A stretch of DNA of 64,000 nucleotides from contig NMRA01000025.1 of assembly GCA_002633005.1 (NCBI GenBank), positions 255,757-319,756 of the forward strand. The letters are read 5' to 3'. A program made the translations under genes and the position numbers. Below are positions 28,110 to 37,446 of this stretch, one piece after another. Within the stretch, counting starts at the first letter, position 1. Each line of letters begins with the position of its first letter. The DNA is from Phoronis australis. Lineage: Eukaryota; Animalia; Phoronida. A model generated the notes under the pieces. The model was not told the origin of the DNA and searched no databases. It saw only the letters and a program-made list of their open reading frames with translations.

Positions 28110-30833
28110 TCAAAACAACCGTCACGTGACAACATGTGTGTTCGTCCAGATTTTTCTCATGTTGCAGGGTGCGATCTAGCACAGATTTGGACTTAATCTG
28201 CAGTTAATCCCGACTCCACAGGAACTTAAAAATCTTAGGGATGCTATTTGGAAAACTTAAGGAGGATTTAAGGTAATTTGTTGAGTCGAAACTGTATTTT
28301 TATTCAAGAATTCAACTTGCCCTATCAACAATCGCGAGGCAGCGAAACATCAGTCGGTGAGTTTTCGCCCTGAGATTTCTGCACAATTTTCTGATAAAAG
28401 TATCATAATTTAACAACGAACTTTGATAGCAATGTGCAGTGAACCAGTGCATCTGTTACATGAGGTTTGATTGGATAGTCAGGTTCGCGGGCTTTTCTAC
28501 TATCATGGCTCTGATTGGAGAATGGATGGAACCTGCAGGGAGGGATGATGTAACAATGACGTAACGACCTCGTGGTTCACTCGTTCTTTGTACTTGAGAC
28601 TCAACGGAGACAAGACGGGTATATCCAACGTAAATCCAACCATCATTAGTGCTTCAATTTACTTTACGGTATCAGAGACTAGAATACATCCAGTTAGGTA
28701 AGCTGTCTTCTATATATCTAATATAATAGAGTAATGTGGTAATGGTGGCACACAACAAATGCACCACAATTGTGAGGAAAGTCAGTCGTAGGTTACAGAT
28801 ACAACACGAAGCGTAAATTTGATGAATCCTAGGCTAAGACCTAGCCTCCGATTTCACCCGTTTCGGAAACCGGGTTTCAACCGCCTTAGGCTACAATGAG
28901 TGCCCTCCCCCCGTAACAAAATTTCTAAGCGTCTTGGACGCTTACTACGACGAATATGGTACCTTTTGTGAATAAAGGGACACCTTAAGAGGCCGTCGAT
29001 GTCTGTAATTCCTACCAACTCGAACGAATACCGTAATCAAACTTTTTTTGAGCAGTCCCACGTTCAGTTTCCCAAACCTGCAACTAGCCATTTTTAACAC
29101 TGCTTGCGCTCCAGACACGCGGTAAAAATAGGCGTGCATGCACTGTAAAAATGGCCAGTTGCCGATTTGGGCAACTCAACGATGACGGGAGTATTTACTC
29201 AAGTTGGAAAAAAATAAAGATACCGATGGCCTCCTCAAAAGATGTCCCTCTATGTGCAAAAGGTACTCGTAGTAACATGACTTTGATGTTTATCAGACAG
29301 AGCGAGGCATAATAGCGGAGTTGCAACGCTGCCATATTGGAAATGGGTCAGAATGTTGCATTGTGGTTAAGCCGGTAAACAAGTACGTCGGCAAGCGTAG
29401 GGGCGAACCGGCCACAGGGAGGTTATACGTGTTGTGTGCCTGGCATGCTATAATACCAGTTAGCGAAATAAAAAATTTAGTTACTACCTGTTTCCCAAGG
29501 ATCAAGAACTGCGTTAAACATGGGTCAGAGACATCGGTAGAGCTGGTAGCAAAGGCCGACTTCGTGAATTCTTTCCGACTTCGTAGCATAAAGTGTGCAG
29601 CGCTCATTTTGAGGGCGGCAAGAAAACNNNNNNNNNNNNNNNNNNNNNNNNNNNNNNNNNNNNNNNNNNNNNNNNNNNNNNNNNNNNNNNNNNNNNNNNN
29701 NNNNNNNNNNNNNNNNNNNNNNNNNNNNNNNNNNNNNNNNNNNNNNNNNNNNNNNNNNNNNNNNNNNNNNNNNNNNNNNNNNNNNNNNNNNNNNNNNNNN
29801 NNNNNNNNNNNNNNNNNNNNNNNNNNNNNNNNNNNNNNNNNNNNNNNNNNNNNNNNNNNNNNNNNNNNNNNNNNNNNNNNNNNNNNNNNNNNNNNNNNNN
29901 NNNNNNNNNNNNNNNNNNNNNNNNNNNNNNNNNNNNNNNNNNNNNNNNNNNNNNNNNNNNNNNNNNNNNNNNNNNNNNNNNNNNNNNNNNNNNNNNNNNN
30001 NNNNNNNNNNNNNNNNNNNNNNNNNNNNNNNNNNNNNNNNNNNNNNNNNNNNNNNNNNNNNNNNNNNNNNNNNNNNNNNNNNNNNNNNNNNNNNNNNNNN
30101 NNNNNNNNNNNNNNNNNNNNNNNNNNNNNNNNNNNNNNNNNNNNNNNNNNNNNNNNNNNNNNNNNNNNNNNNNNNNNNNNNNNNNNNNNNNNNNNNNNNN
30201 NNNNNNNNNNNNNNNNNNNNNNNNNNNNNNNNNNNNNNNNNNNNNNNNNNNNNNNNNNNNNNNNNNNNNNNNNNNNNNNNNNNNNNNNNNNNNNNNNNNN
30301 NNNNNNNNNNNNNNNNNNNNNNNNNNNNNNNNNNNNNNNNNNNNNNNNNNNNNNNNNNNNNNNNNNNNNNNNNNNNNNNNNNNNNNNNNTTTAGCAAAGT
30401 CTGAAAACGCGTTGGGGCACTTGTTGAGCCATGGGCGCTAATTAGGGCGAATAGCGGCAGAATTACATACAGCAGCGTAGTTTAATGCACACAAATTACA
30501 CGTCGTGCAAACCAGTCGGTCATCCCGTTTACCATCAACAATCCCGGTAGCCTTTGCGCACCCTAATTTCCGGACATGCGCAATCGTTAAATCGATTCGG
30601 TTGCAACTCCGCTATTCAGCTATTGTCAATTGATACATTTGCCGAAAAGTTTCCTGCGTAACAAGCTCCTGCAAACCTTTTCCTTCTTTCACATCTGCAA
30701 AGTATTCGGACAAAGTCTTGTTGTCTGCACATCCCATACTGCCTTCCCAAGGACTACCGAGGCAGTCGCCTGTCACAGCGCCGACCAAACAACCCTGAAA
30801 TCTTGAAAGCATTCTGAAACGAACACTTATCAT
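15064..30833 (-). CDS. ADPRS: ADP-ribosylhydrolase ARH3 (ADP-ribosylserine hydrolase), complete 9-exon gene, 361 aa (354 aa from second ATG at 30812)
   Basis: Exons 30833-30677, 26536-26419, 25985-25910, 23667-23521, 22509-22322, 21748-21648, 18953-18868, 17396-17306, 15185-15064 sum to 1086 nt. All introns are GT-AG with matching phases. ARH3 motifs are intact: SRFQGCLVG..GDC.G..WE, YTDDT, RGYG, GSYGNGGAMR, LTH, SVPTAIY, GGDTDTIASMAGAIAGA, W...CEG. Confidence 0.96.
15624..16439. mobile_element. PIF/Harbinger-like MITE in ADPRS intron 8
   Basis: ~35-bp TIR GGGCTGTTCCAG.AAAATC.GT.TGGGAGGGGGG with a perfect 3-bp TSD TCA. Confidence 0.8.
17306..17396 (-). CDS. ADPRS: ARH3 exon 8 (LTSPFERTIGYAISLGGDTDTIASMAGAIAG)
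   Basis: Acceptor tttcag|, donor |gtcagt; catalytic DTDT motif. Confidence 0.96.
17643..17983. mobile_element. Old MITE or inverted repeat in ADPRS intron 7
   Basis: tgtttcatatctgcacatgtgtgaccttcaatc is inverted with gattgaagatcactcatgtgcagatttgaaaca. Confidence 0.5.
18868..18953 (-). CDS. ADPRS: ARH3 exon 7 (GNYISAIGSVPTAIYAFLRSTHPVEDMEL)
   Basis: Acceptor tcccag|, donor |gtgagt; SVPTAIY motif. Confidence 0.93.
19141..19211 (-). pseudogene. Degenerate duplicate of ADPRS exon 8 (pseudo-exon) in intron 6
   Basis: Translates to LTSTFERIIGHAIPLGGDTYTISP versus the real LTSPFERTIGYAISLGGDTDTIAS. The upstream intron flank is also similar (ccttgctcctattcaa vs ccttgctctgtttcag), but the acceptor AG has become AA. 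Confidence 0.85.
19833..20960 (-). mobile_element. DINE-1/HINE-like non-autonomous Helentron-type element in ADPRS intron 6
   Basis: Sub-terminal inverted repeats ATGCGCCCACA (19857-19867) and TGTGGGCGCAT (20945-20955). 5' palindrome at 20926-20955, (CGGA)n microsatellite at ~20860-20913, 3' hairpin CAACGC-AGA-GCGTTG at 19840-19854, and a terminal CTTGT. Confidence 0.75.
20377..20683. other. Assembly gap (307 N)
   Basis: N run inside the HINE-like element. Confidence 1.
21648..21748 (-). CDS. ADPRS: ARH3 exon 6 (QSGPQTYTDKLQVIKSYL...QDVVGRLG)
   Basis: Acceptor tttcag|, donor |gtactg; 101 nt with phases 2/1 that fit both neighbours. Confidence 0.9.
22322..22509 (-). CDS. ADPRS: ARH3 exon 5 (YLVRRATELTHANATGVLGAILQCLAV...TICEG)
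   Basis: Acceptor tttttag|, donor |gtaagt; LTH and GAILQ motifs. Absent from the ORF track and translated by hand. Confidence 0.93.
23521..23667 (-). CDS. ADPRS: ARH3 exon 4 (AHFEKG...QFGGSGSYGNGGAMRIAPAGLF...EME)
   Basis: Acceptor ttgcag|, donor |gtacat; GSYGNGGAMR substrate-binding motif. Confidence 0.95.
24287..24839. mobile_element. MITE with GTGCTTTCCCATTA TIR in ADPRS intron 3
   Basis: 14-bp perfect TIR, repeated internal (a)cttcg/cgaag motifs, and CpG-rich relative to its flanks. Confidence 0.65.
25910..25985 (-). CDS. ADPRS: ARH3 exon 3 (FQEEYFKEPDRGYGGGVITVFEMFK)
   Basis: Acceptor attcag|, donor |gtgggt; RGYG motif. Confidence 0.95.
26419..26536 (-). CDS. ADPRS: ARH3 exon 2 (..ISYTDDTAMARSVAESLIKNQGLNSKDLAFR)
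   Basis: Acceptor tgtacag|, donor |gtaaac; contains the Mg-binding TDD motif. Confidence 0.95.
27626..27941 (-). pseudogene. Frameshifted HIRAN-like domain gene
   Basis: SSIRGFHVYKEIWIPVEGEDLFGK, frameshift, then IQYNPVNKCAASFLKGLTIVGHVPCKISKTSAFFLKHCGSLKGTVMTKYRHSGEAGGLEI. This matches the RG(F/Y)HVY..W.P..GE..N..D..A..VGHVP..GGLE pattern as I recall it. Confidence 0.72.
28059..28104. repeat. (AC)23 microsatellite
   Basis: Read directly from the sequence. Confidence 0.97.
29418..29627 (+). pseudogene. Decayed THAP (C2CH) zinc-finger coding sequence
   Basis: GGYTCCVPG(+1 shift)CYNTS*RNKKFSYYLFPKDQELR*TWVRDIGRAGSKGRLREFFPTS*HKVCSAHFEGGKK. THAP signature CxxxxC..FP..W..CS.HF with 3 stops; runs into the N gap. 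Confidence 0.8.
29628..30389. other. Assembly gap (762 N)
   Basis: N run. Confidence 1.
30677..30833 (-). CDS. ADPRS: ARH3 exon 1 (MISVRFRMLSRFQGCLVGAVTGDCLGSPWEG...KEGK)
   Basis: Family N-terminal motif. Donor AAAG|gtttgc is phase 1 and fits exon 2. The start could be 30833 or 30812. Confidence 0.9.
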
Positions 30834-31098
30834 ATCATGATGTTTTCACCGGAAGTTCTTTTATAAAAACACTGACCTCTTGCGATCACTATCTAAACTA
30901 GGCCTAGTTGCCACTTCCGTCTAAAGTTCCACTAGATAGCCCACAGCCGGGTAACTTCAGAGGTAACTAGGCTTACGGTATCCCCTTGACGTCACCGGAA
31001 AACATCGTCAAAACATTTTCTGGCATTTTCAAGTCGCGTTGCGGGGTTGTTGTAACAGTGATTTTTGTTTTGTGATTTGATCCTAAATATTAATTAAA
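30834..31098. promoter_or_regulatory. Bidirectional promoter shared by ADPRS and RAB28
   Basis: 265 bp between divergent ATGs. ETS/GABP-type CCGGAAGT at 30849-30856 and ACTTCCG at 30913-30919; palindromic CRE TGACGTCA at 30987-30994 abutting CCGGAA; locally CpG-rich. Confidence 0.8.
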
Positions 31099-31173
31099 AT
31101 GTCAGATTCAGAAGAGGAAGCACCTGACAAACAGTTAAAAATTGTGATTATTGGCGACGGTGCTTCTGGAAAG
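31099..31173 (+). CDS. RAB28: RAB28 exon 1 ([25 protein letters not shown])
   Basis: ATG in aaaATG context; donor AAG|gtaaag. Confidence 0.95.
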
Positions 31174-34100
31174 GTAAAGAATTTGATGTAATATGGGGTA
31201 GAATACTAGAATGTTTGCAAGTGTTATTTAACCACAGATACTCTCATCATCCGCACGACCGTTGTACTACTAATGTTATAGTGTCACTATGAGCGGCTGA
31301 TTAAGGGTGCCTGCGGTTGAATCAAACTCCACAGGCACTCTCAGCAGCTGCTCAATGTTATTTGGCCTGTCTCACTGTCATGACGAATGATTAAATTTGC
31401 CTGTGTTTGAACTTGAGTAGTTGTGAGTTAGTTCACCTTGTTGTTAATTTGTAGTTGTAGGCCTACTTGTAAAGTTGTGTTTTGTGAGTGTGAGTGTTTT
31501 TTGTTGCTCTGTCACCAACCAGGGGGTTCGATACTAAAAATTGCGTTATAGCAACTGTCAGGGAAGTGCTCCCCAGAATTATCGTCTACTGAACTGAAAA
31601 TGAAGGTGTAAGTAAACCCGGCAGCGGCATAAAGCAACGCAAACTAGAATATCTCCCCCACACACCGAAAAACATGTTTGCACTTCACTTAGCATCATAC
31701 GAGTAATCTTTCATTCATATTTTTTACTTTTTACATTTGTGTTTTAGAGTGCTTTAGACTTTTGATGGATATTTTTCAACAAGTATTTTCTATTTCAAAT
31801 TGCATACTTGAACTCAAATACACACCAAAATGTCATGTGTTATTCTTGGTGGAACTGCTCATATGATTAAAATTTTCAATTTCCAGACATCAGTGGCTAC
31901 ACGATACTCACAAGAACAGTTTGGCAAGCAGTATCATCAAACAATGGGACTGGACTTCTTCCTTAAGCGTATAATGTTACCTGGTGAGTAAAGGTAGATC
32001 GTGCAGTTTCAGTCGTTGAGAAAAGACAAAGTCGCTTCTGACATCGCCAATTCAAAGTTGAGGTCGCCAAAATGTATTCAGTACCCAAACATCCAATAGG
32101 TTTCTCATTCCAGTGTTTTTCGTGTCCCATCATGGCTAAGCTGGAATTTTCCTAATTGTTCTCGAGCGAGTTTCATTGAGCTGGTGTTTACCATGTACTT
32201 TTTTGATAGTTATAGGTCAATACCAGAAACTACCTTTACTGTGTCAGCTCTGGACATGGCCCTGCTTTTATGTGCTGCTCTATAACAACACCAGATGACA
32301 ATCTGTTGGAACTGCTAGTGATAGTGAAGGCACTTATAAAAATGATAACAATATGTGCAATGAGGTAAATTTGATTTGCTCGCTTTACTGCTGTCGCAGC
32401 AGTAATTGGAAAGTGCCAAAACATTACTTCACATGATGTTTTGTTTTTTTCAGGCGGGATCAATGTTGCTTTACAAGTATGGGACATCGGTGGACAGACC
32501 CTAGGTGGCGCTATGATAGATAAATATATATATGGAGCGCATGTGAGTTGCATTCAGTGGTGCAAGCTTTTAGTGCGCTTCCTGTTGGGTGGGTGCAAAT
32601 GCACTCTTCAGACGATTTCCCGAAACTGTTTTGTTGTCATGGTGACCGTGCTCTCTCGCGTTCCTGTATTTTTCTTGATCTGTTTGCCACATTACTTTAA
32701 TTTGGTGACTTTCTTCTACGGCGCTGATGTCCTTTTTCAAATGCATTGTGGGACTGTTGTCGGCTCATAAACATCCAGTAACATCCTTGGAAACCAAGAA
32801 ACATGTAACCTGATTTATTATAAATTTTGTTTTAGATGGCGAGGTTTGACTTTAGAGTGATAGGATGGCACGTGTCTTGAGAATATTTTGCATAAGATTG
32901 CTAAAAGTCTGTGTGACTGTTCTTTCAATGCATTGTGAGCCTCACTTTCAGTTTGTTTTATTTTTGTATGATGGTTGTTTAGTCCTACTCTAACCAAAAA
33001 GCATGTTACAGTGGACCCGAGTTTTCAGTTATGGTTAGCTGTTTTCTGTCATTGTCTATAAGTCATCAAGTTATCTGTGATGTCACTAGATGTTTAATAG
33101 CCGACGAGCATCCTACAATGTATTTGAAAAAAACAACAGCAGTGCTGTACCTGAAATTCTCCAAATTTAATTTAAAAGTTACAGTTTGTGTGCCTTTTGT
33201 ACTAGCATTGACCATTTTGTGGATTTTCAAAATTTAACTATATAAGGTTAAAAAGCACAGTTGGTGTTTGTCTGTACCCCGAATAATTTTGAGACCACCA
33301 CTCAACAACTGAAACAAATCAAAAACGCTCACCCGCATCAATTTCAACCAATCTTTCTTTTGTTTTTAAAAGCTGTGCAATAGTTACTACACATAAGCAA
33401 GGTTTGAAATGTCATGATTTGCCAAGCAATGAATAAACAAAAAAAAAAACGAATACCACATTATTTTCGCTCGCCTTGGGGATTTTCTTTTTAGAAAAAA
33501 TGATGAATAAAATATTGCACTACCATCAAAATTTTCAAAAGAAAACACAGACCAGAACCAAGTGTGCTTTGTTTGTATATGTGTGTGCGTGTGCGCGTGT
33601 GCGTGTTGGTGTCAACAAATACCAGTAAGCAAAAGACCTATCTGGACATTTATTACCCTAAATTTGCCTATCTGTTCTTGCCACTAAGCGTCATCTCCGA
33701 CTGTCAACAGGGATGTTTTCAATAGAAACACATGGAATTGGCTACCATCGTTACCAGGAATCAAATTTTGTATTAATTTTAGACCCATAAATTTATATAT
33801 ATTTTTAAAATTCTTGGTCACAATCTTGTGAGCACAAAAATAATGCCCAGATGTTTATCACGTGACAGATTCTTTACTGTGCTCTCTACAAGAGTGCCTG
33901 GGATTCTCTTTTAAAGCCTTTTTTTTCTGAGAATTCTTCTGTCGAAAATGAAGACTTCAACGTTCCTCAAAAAAGTCTTGATTTTTTGCTGCTGAGCACT
34001 CGGATTAAAATTTTAGAAAATTCCAGGTTTTTGTAGTTAATAGAATGACGAAATGGAATATGCAAGTTCGGTATGAAAAAATAATATTGTGTTCATGGAA

Positions 34101-36848
34101 AATATGGCGATGTCTGTGAAAAATCTCTATTTTTGAGAAAATACAATCGTGTTATCGTGAACATTTTGGCATTGCTTTTGTGCACATTATGAGATTCTGT
34201 GATCTTTCTAGGATTTTGTTTTTTACTTGTTATTTTAACAAACTATCCGTATATCCCATTCGATGGTTTCTGGTGCTTTTTGACAAAATGTAGAACTCAA
34301 AGATGTTTGCAAATTCATAGACTTTTTAAAATTTCTACTCAAGGAGATGTTTTTAATGAAATCTTATCCTATGACTTAATTCTAAAAGTGAGTCTGCTCA
34401 GTTGCTTGGATATTTATGTGGCTGCAAGTCTTATGGATATAGAAACCTGTATTTTGGAACACTTTGTTCTGGTCAGTTAGCTCTGAGGCACTGTACAAGT
34501 TTCAAAATTGGTGTCGTTAGAGTTTGTGTCCATTTGGTTTAGAGGCTGGAGTGGATCCCAGTGTTGGGGGATCCTGCCGCAAGATTTGACATCTAACCAA
34601 GTGTTAAAAGATTGGTCTATTTGGATTTGAAAGTCCATGTTGAGAGTTTGTGAGTGTTGACACAGAATGGTGTGCCACGTTGATAACTCTTAATCCTGAA
34701 TTGTTCAGTTATTGTTACATATTTTACAGGGTATACTGTTGGTGTACGACATCACGAATTATTCAAGTTTTGAAAATTTGGAAGACTGGCTATCTACAGT
34801 GAAGAAAGTTTACGAAAATGAAAGTAAACTGCCTCATTTAGCCTTGATAGGCAATAAAAGTAAGTATTTCTGTTTTCAGAAGCTCGGGTATTCTACTGAT
34901 GTGAGAAACTGGTGCAAACCATGATCTGACTTAATTATAACATAAAACAGTGAAAACTTAACTAATGATGGGTGGAAGAAAATTTTAGTGGTCGAGGCTA
35001 AAACTGCATTTCCTCTTTTTGAGGTGTCTGAAGAAACAAAATCCTGACTAGGCGACAATCGGTCTGAGAATTTTCCTTACAGCAGTAGGATTGTTTTACT
35101 TAGTGAAAGAACACCCTAAACATTTGCATGTTGAAAAGGCTTCAGAAAGTCATGGGACCTGATAGCCCGTCCTTAAGTGACTGCTTCAATTGCGGGTTTG
35201 TCTCCCAATTGTTTTTTTTTTATCTACGGCGTTGATGTCACTTTTCAAATGCATTTTGGACTAGTTGCTGGGGCATAAACATTCGGTGACATCACAGATA
35301 ACTTGCTCAAAAGATTTACTAATCTATGTTTTAATTCAAAGCATTTTGAGGTTCACTTTGAGTGTTGTCACATTGTTTACATTCCACCAAATCAACTGTG
35401 ATGTCACTGGATCTTCACGAAGCAACAAAGGTTCCACAGTGCATTTGAAAAATGACAGATGTGTGTAGTTATTTATTTATTTATTGATGTGATACTTAAA
35501 ATGAGGGTAGCCTCATCAGTTCGCACTGCTTTCCATGGGGGCCCTCGTCGTTGACCAAATTCCCAATATGTGAATGGCTGTTGAAGCAGTTTGCACGTTT
35601 CTTTGGTTTCATGAATAAGCAGAAATTGGAAAGGAAATTATGCTTAAAAGTTTCTCGATTTGGGTTTTTCATTCTGCACTGTGTCTAGTGGTCCTCGGAT
35701 CTGAGTGACGTTGCCTTAGTATGTACATTTTGCTGGCAGTGGTTAAGCCACATCGCAAACTTTGAGTAACTTGGCGGTTTTCATTCTCATTCACACGAGA
35801 ATTACGAAATCATGAGACCACTTATATCAGTATTCACTGCCATTAAGTGTTAAAAGAGACTTCTCTGTAGATGATGGATTACGCACTAGTGATGTAGAGT
35901 GCATTCCCAAAATACTCTGTGTGTGCATATGTGGTCTGTGTGCATCCTTCACTTATTAGAATGTCTTAACCTGAATGAACTTAAATCCTAGTGAAATTCA
36001 ATCTTCATCAAAAATATCGGTGACTGCTTTCAGTTTCTTATATTTTCTTCTTCATCAGGTTATTATATTTTCCACTTTCAGTTGATCTGGAACACATGAG
36101 GACAGTAAAAATTGACAAACACAATCGTTTTGCTCAGGAAAACGGAATGTCTGCTCACTATGTGTCTGCAAAAACTGGTGATTCGGTGAGATTTGATGCA
36201 TCTTGTTTTTTATTGTTTTGGTTTTTGAGGTTATTGCTTCATTGAGTAGTTACTAGATTATTGCACAGCCTACTAACGATTGTCATGGCATGCTGCAGTG
36301 CTATACCAAGTTTTAAGATACAAATTCTTCACTTTCATTTACAATATATCTGGTGGCAAGTGAAGTTTCTCAGGGAAAACTTTTACTTTGAACATTTACG
36401 TGTTAGATGTGACAAAGCTGCCATTATTGATGTAACATTTGGTAAAAATTTGAGCATTTGCAGTCATTAGTCTTTGAAAAATTGACAACTGGCCCAATTT
36501 CAGCAATTCACTAAAATAAATTTATACCGCTTGTTTTTATTTATTTCCGAAAGTTGTCTGAAATTTCTGATTTTTAGCCATTAAAAATCATTTCCGTAGA
36601 CCATTTTCTTCAAATGTTCTGAGAACTTGCTCGATTCCATAATAGCAATCTCATGTTTTATTCTTTAACAGGTGAATGTATGTTTCCAAAGGATAGCAGC
36701 CGAGATTCTTGGTATAAAATTAACTCGGCCCGAAGTGGAACAAAACTTGCGAGTAGTCAAGGCTGAGATTGTCAAATACAACCAACAGGAGGCACCACCA
36801 GCCAAGGCACAATCACAGACCAAGAGTAGTATGTGTTCTATTCAATAG
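31099..36848 (+). CDS. RAB28: Ras-related protein Rab-28, complete 6-exon gene, 223 aa
   Basis: Exons 31099-31173, 31887-31983, 32454-32542, 34730-34859, 36082-36185, 36672-36848 sum to 672 nt with GT-AG introns. N-terminus MSDSEEE, G1 GDGASGKT, Rab28-diagnostic [11 protein letters not shown]4 NKID, G5 SAK, CaaX CSIQ. Confidence 0.97.
31887..31983 (+). CDS. RAB28: RAB28 exon 2 ([33 protein letters not shown])
   Basis: Acceptor ttccag|, donor |gtgagt; switch I region. Confidence 0.95.
32454..32542 (+). CDS. RAB28: RAB28 exon 3 ([29 protein letters not shown])
   Basis: Acceptor ttttcag|, donor |gtgagt; WDIGGQ motif. Confidence 0.96.
32716..33145. mobile_element. MITE with ~70-bp TIRs in RAB28 intron 3; shorter relative at ~35225-35465 in intron 4
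   Basis: ctacggcgctgatgtc..ttcaaatgcattgtgggact is shared between the copies and inverted at their right ends. Confidence 0.55.
34730..34859 (+). CDS. RAB28: RAB28 exon 4 ([21 protein letters not shown]...ALIGNK)
   Basis: Acceptor ttacag|, donor |gtaagt. Confidence 0.96.
36082..36185 (+). CDS. RAB28: RAB28 exon 5 ([35 protein letters not shown])
   Basis: Acceptor tttcag|, donor |gtgaga; SAK motif. Confidence 0.95.
36672..36848 (+). CDS. RAB28: RAB28 exon 6, terminal ([17 protein letters not shown]...TKSSMCSIQ*)
   Basis: Acceptor taacag|; CaaX box followed by TAG. Confidence 0.95.
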   Translation: MNVCFQRIAAEILGIKLTRPEVEQNLRVVKAEIVKYNQQEAPPAKAQSQTKSSMCSIQ

Positions 36849-37192
36849 GGGTCAGTCAAAGTTGTGTATCATGGTTTTGTCCATCAATTTCAATCGTCAT
36901 TCCTGTGAGTACTTCATGCGTACTTTGTCATTTCAGCCATTTCCTGTTCTTTGCTGTCGGATTTGTCATAATAGTCATTCATAATGCCCCCTCTACCACA
37001 AGCTGCAAAGTACTTAAACTGCTAAGTTCTGTCAGGAGCAATTAAGATCATGGAGGCTCCTAGAAAAATTTCCGTGTTTGACTAATTCATAACATCATAT
37101 CTCAGAAATAGCTGATCGTATTTATATGAAACTTTCAGATACTGTGCTTTATGAACTGTCCTCCAAAACGGTGTGAGGAGTTGTTATTCCCT

Positions 37193-37446
37193 GGGACATG
37201 CTTCATGAAATGTGACTTAACAATTACTTAAAACAGAACTTGGGTCTTTCACTTCCACTTCATAATTGCTGAATAAAGGTTTAATCAAGTAATTATGAGT
37301 GCATCATATTCTAGAAATAATTTTTTTTAAAAATTTAAGTAACTTGCAGTTATTTAAGAGACTGCACTTAAGTGAGGTTTAGTTAGAAGTAGTTGTGTAA
37401 GATCAAATTCCTGTCAAGTCTAAGTCACTTTTCATGAGACAGACCC
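37193..37446. mobile_element. MITE (GGGTCTGTCTCATGAAA..GTGACTTA TIR) in the RAB28 3'UTR region
   Basis: Ends gggacatgcttcatgaaatgtgacttaa and ctaagtcactttttcatgagacagaccc; relatives at ~6667-6935 and 9108-9740. Confidence 0.6.

Larger units (their letters stand above)
27498..30457. mobile_element. TIR DNA transposon relic with pogo/Tc1-like ends in ADPRS intron 1, carrying decayed HIRAN-like and THAP frames
   Basis: Left end ta|acgtatttgcctaataagcgcccatg; right end reverse-complements to ccgctattcgccctaattagcgcccatg. Subterminal ATAAGCGCCC repeats. Spans a 762-N gap. Confidence 0.65.

Noticed and set aside
29321-30441. ORFs of 282-357 aa
   Set aside because: They are mostly Ns; the only real signal is the broken THAP frame reported separately.
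31541-31555. X-box-like TTGCGTTATAGCAAC in RAB28 intron 1
   Set aside because: Only the right half fits the RFX consensus, which is insufficient without conservation data.
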